DNA from: Haplodiscus bocki
Lineage: Eukaryota
DNA length: 64,000 nucleotides
Assembly (NCBI GenBank): GCA_965655095.1
Contig: OZ296651.1
Span: 49,104,001-49,168,000 of the forward strand
Direction of reading: 5' to 3'
Position numbers and translations under genes: made by a program. Below are positions 27,735-37,700 of this stretch, one piece after another; position 1 is the first letter of the stretch, and the number at the start of each line of letters is the position of its first letter. Below the pieces are notes generated by a model. That model saw only the letters and a list, made by a program, of their open reading frames with translations, was not told where the DNA came from and made no database searches.

Positions 27735-27929
27735 CGGTGATCCAAGAAGAGCTGATATCTTATTTTCAACAGCATTTCTAACAACAGGATGAGCGTCTGA
27801 AGTCAATACTTCTTGCACACATCGAACTTGAGACTCTATCTTCTTCCGTTGGCGATCGAGTTTCAAGTTGACCTTCCGATTGATGGCTTCATCACTGACA
27901 GGCTGTAAGCTTCTCCTCCCTCTATTACC
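27735..27929 (-). CDS. Probable internal coding exon of host gene (GNRGRRSLQPVSDEAINRKVNLKLDRQRKKIESQVRCVQEVLTSDAHPVVRNAVENKISALLGSP)
   Basis: Strong acceptor TCTTTTTTTAG, 195-nt stop-free phase 0/0 frame with coiled-coil-like composition, weaker donor CCG|GTATCA. An in-frame stop just upstream coincides with the acceptor. Confidence 0.6.
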
Positions 27930-28689
27930 CTAAAAAAAGACACGTTTTGACAACTTCCTAGATGGGGTCAAACAAGATTACAGAATGAAACATACCCCCA
28001 TTGATCCATCAAATGCTTACTAGCCGTCAATCACTGAAAAACGCAATTGGAAAATACGTTTGATTACTAATAAATGAAATGTCATTACGGTTTTTTTACA
28101 AAATGAAAACAAGCGCATGGTGCTTTGCGCTGAGCTTGCGAAGAGCCAAAGTTAAGTTGGAGATGAGGACTTAAACACTCGAGTGTCAAGTTTTCTTGCA
28201 AGCGTAAGTTGTATATCTTGGCGTCTCACACGCAAAATAAATTGCCTGAAGTTCAGATCCGAAAATTTACAAACATGTCATCCACGACCGTGAACATTTT
28301 GAACATCGCTTTGCAAAAAAATGCACAATGCACATTCTCCGAAAAAATCTTGAATCTTCCAGGTTAACTTTCCAAGAAAATTTCCACAAAATATTAAAAC
28401 CGCGCAGAAAACAATTAGAATGCAATCAGCCATGTAAGATTGATAGTTGATTCCAATATTACTGATATTTTATCGCTCATAACACCTCACAGTCACCGAA
28501 AGGAATCGCTCTCTCGAAGACGTGGCCATGCAAAATGCGATGAAAAAGGAAAAAAAAACTTAGAACAAATATTCCGTTCAAAACTTAAGAGATGCTTCCG
28601 ACAACGCTGCATCAAATTCAGTGTGATCCTTTTGATGACGTTATGACAAAGATTATGAATACTTTATTTTGCTTGGCTATATTTCAAAA

Positions 28690-28915
28690 AGAGAGAAATA
28701 AGGTGAAAAAGTTGATATATAAGGTTCAAACAAGCACATCGCAATAACAGTCAGTCGATCCTTAACACCCCCGTTCGCTGACACTAGGAAGTCTTTAAGG
28801 GTTACTGCGTCGGCAAAACCATTGCCTTACCATCGGCCGTCCGGAACGCGGTTGAGAGGGCTCACAGCACAAGTTCAAAAAGGACGATTGATGAAAACCT
28901 CATTGACATAAGATC
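28690..28915 (+). mobile_element. Left part of an old Gypsy pol (RT) relic, split by the young LINE
   Basis: Degenerate 'LNTP' (INTP.G-like) and 'KKDD' (YxDD-like) fragments. Continues on the other side of the LINE. Confidence 0.3.
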
Positions 28916-28935
28916 AATAGAATAGAATAGAATAG
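28916..28935 (-). repeat. LINE 3' tail microsatellite (CTATT)4
   Basis: Plus strand (AATAG)4, 3 nt from the poly(A) signal. Confidence 0.9.
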
Positions 28936-28938
28936 AGT

Positions 28939-28944
28939 TTTATT
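28939..28944 (-). promoter_or_regulatory. Polyadenylation signal AATAAA of the LINE
   Basis: TTTATT on the plus strand, 24 nt downstream of the final ORF2 stop. Confidence 0.7.
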
Positions 28945-28968
28945 GTATCAGTACAAACGACCAATCAA

Positions 28969-31521
28969 CTAAAAATAAAAGTTTCTCAAACTCCTTGCAG
29001 GGAAAATATTTGTCAACATGGCTTTCTGTGTATAGGGAGCTTTTGGCAACCTATTCCGAAGTTTATTCGTGGCGTAGTCACATCGCTTAGGCAGTATCTC
29101 ATGCAGAATGTGGCTTTCGTCAGAGGTCAATTTCCGCATAAGTTGAGAGTCCTTCTGAGCAATTAGGTCCTTCATTGGTGTATAAGTTGGTATGATATTC
29201 AGCCGCACACACCTTCTTTGCAACTTGTCCAGTATCTCCAGCAGTCCTTTTGAGCAGCCACCCCAGACCACGCAACAGTAGCTTAATTTTGAAACAATTA
29301 AACTCTAGTAGATTACAACAAGATCTTTTTGTGGATAACCCATGTGTTTCAATTTGTTCAGCAGGTAAATATCACCAGAAATTCTTTTTTGTAGCGATTT
29401 GACGTGATTCTGAAATGTCAGCCTGTCATCAAATACGACGCCCAAAATGCAGTTTTCATTGGAAGTGGCAATGGTACTGGCAGCAGGGCTGACATTAGTA
29501 TACTGCAAAACCAAGCTTTTGGTTTTCTGCTGGTTAAGTATGAAGTTATGGTCCTGACACCAATGGTGAATATGGGAGAGCACCTCATCCGAGAAATCCT
29601 TGCCTTGTTTTCCACCACAAACGGCATTCGCATCATCAGCGTACTTTATTGTTCTGCAATATTGCATCTCAAATGGTGGAACACTCAAATCGGCATAGCC
29701 AACATTGAAGCACACTGGTCCCAAAACAGTGCCCTGAGGCACACCGCAATTAATCTGGATGATTTCAGAAGTGTCATTCTGATTGCTGACAAATTGTTTT
29801 CGCCCATGAAGGAAAGAAGATACCAAGTTGCACACTGCAATGGGAATGCCCGGAATTTTACGCATCTGCTGTAGCACAAAATGGTGGGGAATCCTGTCGA
29901 AGGCTTTGCTCAGGTCCACCGACATAATCCTGGCATAATCGCAGCCATTGGCCTCAAGAACACGACACTCATGAAGTATTCGGAGGAGCGCATACTCAGT
30001 GGAGCTTTGCTGCCTGAATCCAAACTGTAGAGGTTCCAGCCATTTATTGTATGCTCTTTTGATATACTTGGTGTATATCAACCGTTCAAAATGTCTTGCC
30101 AGGATCGGCGTAACCGATATCGGGCGCAAATCGTCTAAAGAGGTCACTTTGCTCTTTTTTGGCAGTGCTCGGATTTTTGCTATTTTGAACAAATCAGGAA
30201 ACATAGCTTGGCGCAAACACAGATTATAGATATGCATCATTGGAAGGGCCAACACGTGAGCGTTAGAGCGGAAAACCCAGTAGGGAAGACCATCATGTCC
30301 GACAGCAGACTTCTTGAGATTGAGTAGCGAGTAATAGACTTCATGAAGAGTAAACTCCAGTAATTCGTTGCTTTGAACCATTGTAGGACTGACGTAATTG
30401 TCAACAGTGGAGATGCTGGCAAAGTGTTTGTTGATGTCATTGGAATCGAAAAGACTTGTTTGGGTTTCCTTCGGTTTTCCACGCTGTTCATTGATGATAT
30501 TCCACCACTTTCTGGAACCGCGATCTCCACGGTTTCTGCTGATATTGTTTCTAATCATTTCGGTAATTTGCTTGGTGATGCTTTCCGCCCTGCGAAAATT
30601 GCGCTTCCGGAAAAGCTTGTAACGCTTTTTCAGCAAAAATTTGACGAGGGGACTGATGTAAAAGGGGTCTTTTGTGCTCAGTTTGACAGTTCTAATGGGG
30701 CAGAATTGATCGATCAAGATATTTAGATCATCAAATAATTGCGATAGGGCCACATTGGGATCCTCGATCTGATCTATATAGCTAAAATCACAAATGTCCA
30801 TGGCCCTGTTAAACGAATCTTGGTTTCGGGGTCGCTGGTCTCTAAACGAGACAAGAGATTTAGCTACGGGCAGGCTAACCCTCGGGCTGGCAATTATCGC
30901 AAGATGATCGCTTTTTAAGAGTGTTTTGAAGGAGCTTCCATCGTACTGGGCTGAACTACAATAGACATGGTCCAATTGATGGCCACCCCTTGTTGATCCA
31001 TGGTACAAGTCCGTTAGACCAAAGTCTTCAGCAACACATGAAAAATCAAAATCATTGAAATCACCGCATATGATTATTATGGCGTCGCCATAAACTGATA
31101 GGAGCTGCACGAGTGTATCAGAGATATAGGTGGCATATTCAGACTGACGACCAATCTTCGGGGGGTAGTAAAGCACCGCAAACAGAACTGTTGAAACAGC
31201 GACATGCTTAAGCCAGAGAACTTCATACCTGTCTTTTGAGGGTACATGTAATTGTTCCAGATCAACAGAGTTCTTATAGAAGGCAGCAACGCCACCGCCT
31301 TTACTTTTGGTCGATGAGCAATTGCTTCTGTCATGCCTGCACAGCGAATAGTTCGGAATATACAATAATGAGGAATCGAAATCTGGGGTCAGCCAAGTTT
31401 CTGTGAGAAACACAATATCAATTCTTTCGTTAACCAGATCACATCTCAACCTCTGTATTGCCTCTCGCTTTTTTATCGATCGAACATTGAGTAACATTAG
31501 TTTCGGCAGCGCCAAGTCTAG
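28969..31521 (-). CDS. LINE ORF2: APE endonuclease plus reverse transcriptase, with one premature TAG at 29305-29307
   Basis: APE motifs LLNVRS, FLTETWL, GGGVA, YYPP, GDFN, LDHVY, SDH. RT motifs RPIS, QFGFR, DLSKAFD, GVPQGTVLGP, KYADD, LGVVFD. The same frame continues past the TAG as SLIVSKLSYCCVVWGG...RRCVR to the stop at 28969. Confidence 0.95.
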
Positions 31522-31524
31522 TCA
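31518..31524 (-). promoter_or_regulatory. Putative stop-codon readthrough site UGA-CUAG at the ORF1/ORF2 junction
   Basis: Minus strand reads CAA ATC TGA CTA GAC TTG GCG CTG CCG AAA CTA ATG. ORF2 is in frame with ORF1. Confidence 0.7.
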
Positions 31525-32316
31525 GATTTGGTGCCAAGTGTCGTCAATTTTCTGCTCAAGATGCAAGTTGCGAATTCGCAGGAGCTTTTTGTCGGTGCCA
31601 GCCTCAATCAGTTCTTTCCTACGCTTGAGGGCAACCTGTTCCATTTTGGATTCTTCAAAAGTGAGCTCATTTGAAACAAACAATTTTGTACCGTAACTTT
31701 TCAGTTTGCCGAGGGAAACAAATATTAGCCTTTTGTCCCAGGGATTTTGCACTGAGAACACCAGTGGTCGTGGTTTATTAGGCGTATCATTGCTCTTGCC
31801 TAATCGCCTCACATCAGTAACCTGGCAAGTGACATTGATGTGCTTTAGGAGGGCATCTACTGCACTCTTGTCACGTTCCAAACGTTCACTTTGGGATTGA
31901 ACATCCGCTGGCTCAGGCAGTCCTCTTATTCTTATACCACGTTCTTGATGCGGTGGCTTTTGTGGTGGTGCAGACACTTTTTGGGGTCTAGGCATCTCCA
32001 AATTACCGTCGCTAGTCAGATCTTTCAGCGTTGAGACAATAGTCTTTATTTCTAGTACTTCGGTTTCAATTTTCTTAATCGTGTCAACTTTTGGATTCAA
32101 ATTATCGTCTTTGCAAATGTCGCAGATGAAGAGAATGTTTTCTGAATCTAGAAAGGCATAGATCTCACTTGGAAGTCGTGTACAGGTCAGATGATACCAC
32201 CCAAGACAACCACAGCATTGAATCCACTTTCCATTCTTCGCATTCCCAGTTTTCTTGCAGGCACAGCAGTCTTCTCCAGCTGACGTCGAGTCTCCCCGCA
32301 ATCCTCGAGAAACCAT
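31522..32316 (-). CDS. LINE ORF1 (264 aa): N-terminal PHD finger, short coiled coil, RRM/CTD-like C-terminal region
   Basis: C-x2-C...WIQC-x2-C-x2-WYH-x2-C...FIC-x2-C is a C4HC3 PHD. 'IRIRGLPE', 'RRLGK..PRPLV' and 'FVSNELT.EE...RKEL' are typical of CR1/L2-type ORF1p. Confidence 0.92.
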   Translation of the reverse strand: MVSRGLRGDSTSAGEDCCACKKTGNAKNGKWIQCCGCLGWYHLTCTRLPSEIYAFLDSENILFICDICKDDNLNPKVDTIKKIETEVLEIKTIVSTLKDLTSDGNLEMPRPQKVSAPPQKPPHQERGIRIRGLPEPADVQSQSERLERDKSAVDALLKHINVTCQVTDVRRLGKSNDTPNKPRPLVFSVQNPWDKRLIFVSLGKLKSYGTKLFVSNELTFEESKMEQVALKRRKELIEAGTDKKLLRIRNLHLEQKIDDTWHQI

Positions 32317-32377
32317 TCAATCTATTTAATAACTTTATCACAACAATTAGGCTATAATTTTCTAACTCGATTATGAT

Positions 32378-32412
32378 GGCCATTTTCGTTCAGGAGTTCA
32401 CGTTAAAAATGA
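32378..32412 (-). promoter_or_regulatory. Putative internal Pol II promoter of the LINE (Inr TCATTT plus YY1-like AAAATGGCC at about +25 to +33)
   Basis: TCATTT (32412-32407) matches Inr consensus TCAKTY exactly at the boundary with the microsatellite. AAAATGGCC (32386-32378) matches the YY1 core. Confidence 0.5.
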
Positions 32413-32439
32413 TAGAATAGAATAGAATAGAATAGAATA
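32412..32439 (-). repeat. 5'-flanking microsatellite, about (TTCTA)5
   Basis: Plus strand ATAG(AATAG)4AATA. Confidence 0.9.
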
Positions 32440-32950
32440 TCAAAGTCAACGATAGACAAAAACATCAAGAAAGGAGATGTGAAAAAGGCTTAGCTGTCCG
32501 AGAGGCAATTTTACTTTTCTTCAAAGGCTTTTGTTGAGAGGTGGATGAGAGGCAAAGAATTGTCGAAGTAATTTTAACAATTCTCATTTGGTTAAACTTT
32601 CCCCGAGAGTTCAGCAAGGATAATTTCAAAAACATAAAAAAGGTCAGTGCCCTCTTGATCAACAACTTGTCGCATGATATGATGCTGGCTCTCGACGTTT
32701 CTCAACGATCACTACTTGAATGGTTGCTGACCAGTGCAAAACTCTCTAGTCATCATGGAGAAAAGCAGGCTTTCTTTGGCCCTCAAGTAGGAGAAAGCGA
32801 AAACACCTTGAAAAAATACTGCACTATGCTTTTCAAGAACACTGTTTCTTTCTAGGTACCCAAGATGCGACGCCACTTGTTTCATAGAAGAGTTAGAACA
32901 GAAACCAGAAGTTGCTCTACGACACAGCCTAATTGTTATGATAAACTTCA
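32440..32950 (+). mobile_element. Right part of the old Gypsy pol relic (RT-RNase H connection)
   Basis: ORF 32541-32855 'NFKNIKK...LSHD..LALDVS...GEKQAFF...ESE' resembles AF..IK..L.H.D..L..DAS...GE.P.AF.S..L..E. Confidence 0.4.
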
Positions 32951-33710
32951 TAGGCAGATGTTTTTAAACTATTAAATTTTCTCTCCGACTGAAGTGTCAC
33001 AAGCAAGAAGGGAAAAAGAAAAAAGAAAACCCTATCAGGTTCTGGATCAATATGTGCCCCATGCTACTCTCTCAGTGTGCCGCAAAGGATGCCGCGATTG
33101 GTTGTGATCTCTGTCCCAAATGGTTTCTAGGGGCCTGATCAATCTCTCTGCGGTACAAATCGATGCGCTGACCAGCGTCCCAGCATGGATGGTTTTGTAT
33201 AGCCTGTGCTCTGAAGATTTCAAGGCGAATTGCCGGTGAGTCCTCTGGAACCTCCGGTTGATTTTTACGATCTCGAGAAAAAGATTGTACAATACAAAAT
33301 TCTCTTGGAAGAAAGGAAAAAATTCTAAAAACTCCTCCCTCTTATGCCCAAAAGGTAAAACTCACTTCCAAATCTAATGCTACGGAGTTTAAGTGATCGA
33401 GAAACACAGAATACATTGTTCAACATTAGCGACATTTCTCCTGATGTGCTCAGCTCAAGCATGCAGAAGAAACTGATTAACCATCTGTTTCCTTCAGTCA
33501 ATTAGAGCAATGTTTCGAAACTGAAACTGGCAATATTGTCTTGCTCTTCAACAATGCTCTCCAAACGTCTTCACCGGTCGAAAGTACACCGGTTGAGAAA
33601 CACTTCCAAAGCAGTCTCAGGAGAATCGTCTAACAAGTAGCTGTAGGGCATATTAAAAGGTGTTCCATTGACCCCTCGATGCATGTAAACGAGAAAGATT
33701 GAGGAACTTG

Positions 33711-35135
33711 TGTCATGAACTTCTGTCAGAGTATCGGGGAACATCTTTCAGGGATGAAGTTGGCTAGGTCCGAGTTCTGTTCAAAAGACTCAGGGCAACA
33801 CTGTCCACTTTCTTCTCCCCTTTGCCTAGTTCCGACGCTCATAATTATAACGCCACTGTCGAGTGCGATTTTCGACAGGGAACCTAGGGCTCTAAGGATG
33901 GTGTTATCAATTTACCGAAAATCAATTCTTACTATGCGGGCTAATTTACACTCTATTTGTTGAGTTCATTCCGATAATTGTTCAACGGCGTGGCTACTCT
34001 TCTCTGTAGTAAGTCCGTGAGCACTAGTGCTAGGTGAGTAATCTGCGTCGCGGTCGCTCCCTTGACACGCCTTCCTTATAGAAGCCCCCATAAGCATTGT
34101 TCAGAAAATTTGAACTTCAACAGTTTATTGCTTTTTTAACAGTTAACAGAAACGATTAATGATGATTCTTTCCCCCCCACTTTTTCGATATTGCTATTTC
34201 AACGAATCAAATCACGGCATTTATTGTTCAGACCGTCTTCTGCGACGTAAAGTTTGAGTCTTTGATCATATCACACTGCGCGGCCCATTCAATTCGAGGT
34301 GTCGGAACAAACCAGGGACAGCCTCTTACATTTATGGGTTTTTTCAGAAGTTGATTGGAAAACAGTAGACATTGCGAGACTACCACCGACGCCGACAAGG
34401 AACATTCATGCACAGAAAGTCAACAGTCCAAGCGAAGAAACAATACCAATTAATCAAGTGTAATTACGTTCATACATACGATAAAAATGTACCTGAAAGC
34501 GTTTGTGTCAAGCTGGATTAGGACCGAGGCGGATTAGTCGTTATTAAGATGGTTTGGATTATAAATTAACTTCTCAAGAAACAGATGGGAATTACTGTGT
34601 GCGCGTATGAAACTTCTGAAGTGTTTGGTACCGTGTGCTTGAAAGTAGCACCTTTTGTACCAAACGTATATCGAAATTGCTCGTGGTTTCTCCCAAATTG
34701 GGATAATTCATCTTTTGGTTTACATATTAGTGAAAATACTTGTTAATTCAAGACTGTATCGCCATGTTTTTCATCTGGTCACATTAAAGTCTTATTGAAT
34801 ATGCCAATCGTATTTAGTATTGTTTCTGCTCCTTTCTTTTCACTTTCTTTTGCTAAAATCATGAGTATGACGCTAAATGGGCGTCCCAACTCATCATTTC
34901 AATCCCTGTTTGGGTAGTTTCTGTGTCAATTTCCAAAAAGGTTTGGACAAGTCTGGGAAGCACATTTGAGCACCACACCAGCATTTCCGTCCATTGTGCG
35001 CTGGGGCACGCCCAAAACTCTAAAATGTCGGTGATTCAACGAAGTTTTGGGCTTTTCAAATGTCATTTTTTTGTGGGAAATTCTTTCTACGTACCTTTCA
35101 CATACTTCGCAGATGTTTTTATCTTTCTTTCGAAA
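33711..35135 (-). repeat. 3' LTR (~1425 bp)
   Basis: Collinear with 44725-46136 at an offset of ~11.0 kb, with shared blocks GACAGGGAACCTAGGGCT, AAAATTTGAACTTCAACAGTTTATTGC and GGCATTTATTGTTCAGACCGTCTTCTGCGACG. Ends ATGACA on the minus strand; its TG start is mutated (TTTCG). Confidence 0.85.
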
Positions 35136-35152
35136 TTCAATCCCTTGTTCGC
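35136..35152 (-). promoter_or_regulatory. Degenerate polypurine tract
   Basis: Minus strand GCGAACAAGGGATTGAA immediately before the 3' LTR. Confidence 0.35.
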
Positions 35153-35949
35153 TAGAAACCAAATCTGATTGGTCGTTCGTTGAGTCACCTCAATCGCTTT
35201 GACGTCATCGCTGGATTACGGCAGCCTGTCCCTTGCAGTGTCCGCTGTGTCATTGTCCGATAATTCGATGATGCCTCTCGTTTCGTATTCGTCAACCAAA
35301 TTGCTGTCGTTGCTAGTTGTTTTTGACGGTGTTGTAGTGCTTTCGATATATTCGCTCTGGGTGCTTTGTTCGTTGTTGCTATTGGATGACTGTAATATTC
35401 TGGAACCAGTTTCGGGTGTGTTCATTCCCATATCACTATTTCTTGATATGTGTTTATCTTTTAGCTCAATTAGAGCTGAGTGCAGCAGTGAGTTGGTCTC
35501 GAATGTCCTAACGCGTGAGAAAACTGGTAAACGCGTTGACTGAGAGTTTGGATGTTGTTCATTCCTTTCCATGTAAAATAATGTGGCTTGATCTGCTGTC
35601 TTTCATGATCATATCGTCCAAAATATCAAAGATTTCCTGTCTCGATTCGTCCAACTTTAATTCCGCTGATGTTGGTAATGGAAAAATATTGTTGTTCGTG
35701 CGGTTAAGAGCGTATTGTCTAAATTTTTTAGTGGTTTCAGTTATGTAGTCATTTGTGAGTGTAAAATGTATTTATGCTTTTCTGGTCGGGAAAAAACTGT
35801 GGTGCAGCACTCGGGCGTGAGCTAGTTTTTTCTGTCTAGACTGGTTAACGCCCTTTCCGCAAGACTGGTAAGTGACACGCAACTTCTATTGTGTTTTAAT
35901 CACATCTCGAAGTTGATGTGTTTAATACCATGTTGATTGTTGAAACAAT

Positions 35950-37700
35950 TAATGTAATTTGGAGTTCCTGGGATTTGATTTTAATTTGACCGTATTATGG
36001 ATAGTGGAGGTGTGGTTGAAGACAAATGTAATGACTACAAAGCTAACGAGGATGTTGATAGCGATTGGTACCCTCCCTTCTCTCAGGTCATCAATCTTGT
36101 TTCGACTGCTGCCAGTGTGAGACGCTCATCCGACGCCGCTTCAGTGGAAAGGAAAAAAGTGATGTGTATGTTGATGTTGTTGTTGGACAGTCTTATGATG
36201 GACAACCAGGTGTGTGAATTTGATGTGTCGTCATTGGTTATGTTATCGGACGAAGTCAGGAATGACCCAATATCCGTGTTGACCAGTATCCAGGCGCACC
36301 TCTGTTATTCAACAAATAATTTAGGTTATGAGATGGCTAACCCTCCGTCTAGGATTGACATGGAGTCTTGTTCTGGTGTGGAAGCCACTGCCTCCTGTGT
36401 CAATGTAGAGGAGTTGCAACTCAAAGCACAATCTGTTGTTTTGCCTTCGTGCCGCTTCGTTTCCCACTTCTCGAGGACGTCTGGGTTGGTTTTTTGGAAC
36501 ACCAGTACAGTGAATTCATCGTCGTGGAAAGTCAGTGGTTGTAATTGGGTTGTTTGTGGGTCCATTACGTTCGAACAGCACTTTTTGATAATTTTGTTTG
36601 TGAAAAACATAGTCGGCGGCTCTCAATACGAATTTCGTGGTACGTCTGAGTATCTGCTTGTGTTGGATCACGCAACTGTTTCAGCATCGCCGACTGGAGT
36701 TTCTTTGCAGCTAAAAAAAACATGTCCGTATCAGAACCGAAGAACTGCCATTGAAAAAGTCTATCGCTCCCTGTAGAAGCAAAAGTGTGCTCAGCGATGA
36801 TGAGACTAGGGCCGAGCTATGCAACATATTTCGTGAAGGTAAAAACTGCTTCTGTATTGTGTTGGTATGTGTATGTTATGGATGACTCAGACTTTTACTG
36901 ATGTTTAGACGCCTTTGATTTGGATAAACTTCCGCTACCTTTATCGAACAGTCAGCGCCCAAAAGTTTGAGGGTGGTTCCTGGCGTTGTGGAACGCGCCC
37001 ATTTTCGTAGTCAGAGCACTCTGAAAAGTTAATAATACCGGTGCCTGATGCTGTTTTTGTTTGGTTGGTTTATTTAGAAGTTATTTTTTTAAAGTTAACC
37101 TTGCTACTGGACCGTCTGGAGACTCGATATCATGTTAATCGTTTTGAAACTGACGCTGAGTAAATTGTTGAGACTGAGGACGTGGTTGCTCCGTCACCAT
37201 AAAAGGGTTGGAAGAAGAGGCGCCGTAAGGGTGGGGGGGCATTGGTCGGACTGACGCTGAGCCTAGATAGCACGAGTTTATTGCACCAGTGAAACACAAC
37301 GTGTCGTGGAATATACCAGAAACTATCGTGAGTCTCTATCATTTTTTCTAAAGGTTTTTTAATGATGGTTGGGTTAGTTTTTAGATGTTTGTGTGTATTG
37401 TTTCATCGTTTGCTTTTCATAGTTGTTGTTTTTTATGTTAACAGGCTATCATCTGTACAGTGTCGTATCCCCGTCCTATTCGTGCTCTAGTGTTCTGGAT
37501 CGGGACGTGTGGGATGTACTAACTCAACCTTGAGGATCCTGGTGATAAGGTGTATGCTTTTATGAAAACTTGAGATTGTGTGCATTTGAAGCGCACCTGT
37601 GTTTTGATTGGAAGCGTGTCTCTAGAATATCCAGTTGGTGAACTCCGTATTCTGTCTCGTATTCAGAAATGTGAACCATCTTCTGTTAGGATTCGTTGTG
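35950..37700 (-). pseudogene. env-like ORF remnant
   Basis: Located between pol and the 3' LTR. Basic site plus small/hydrophobic run 'LRRLFFQPFYGDGATTSSVSTIY' (~37170-37230), a Cys-containing C-terminal part ('KKCCS', 'DCALSC') and a Ser/Leu-rich terminal segment. Interrupted by stops. Confidence 0.45.

Larger units (their letters stand above)
28916..32439 (-). mobile_element. Full-length, young CR1/L2-group non-LTR retrotransposon (~3.5 kb) bracketed by (TTCTA)n
   Basis: Long intact ORF1 (PHD) and ORF2 (APE plus RT), short UTRs, AATAAA followed by a (CTATT)4 tail, and an Inr-like 5' start immediately after (TTCTA)5. Confidence 0.95.

Noticed and set aside
31513-31515. TTG start for ORF2 as given in the ORF track
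   Set aside because: Ordinary TTG initiation is not expected in an animal. The frame is already open from the ORF1 stop, so readthrough or the downstream ATG are the real alternatives.
31522-31524. UGA as a selenocysteine codon
   Set aside because: The 3' UTR is only ~33 nt with no room for a SECIS element, and the position is an inter-domain linker.
29404-31900. Several plus-strand and alternate-frame ORFs within the LINE
   Set aside because: They are shadow frames of the intact ORF1/ORF2 coding sequence.
34075-34092. tRNA-Pro-like PBS (TGGGGGCT) on the minus strand
   Set aside because: It falls inside the LTR, is not conserved in the other LTR copy, and a better PBS abuts the true LTR end at 44724.
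35997-36776. 259-aa plus-strand ORF as a real gene
   Set aside because: It lies antisense to the env-like remnant inside the provirus, has no recognisable motif, and its Ser/Val-rich composition is typical of shadow ORFs.
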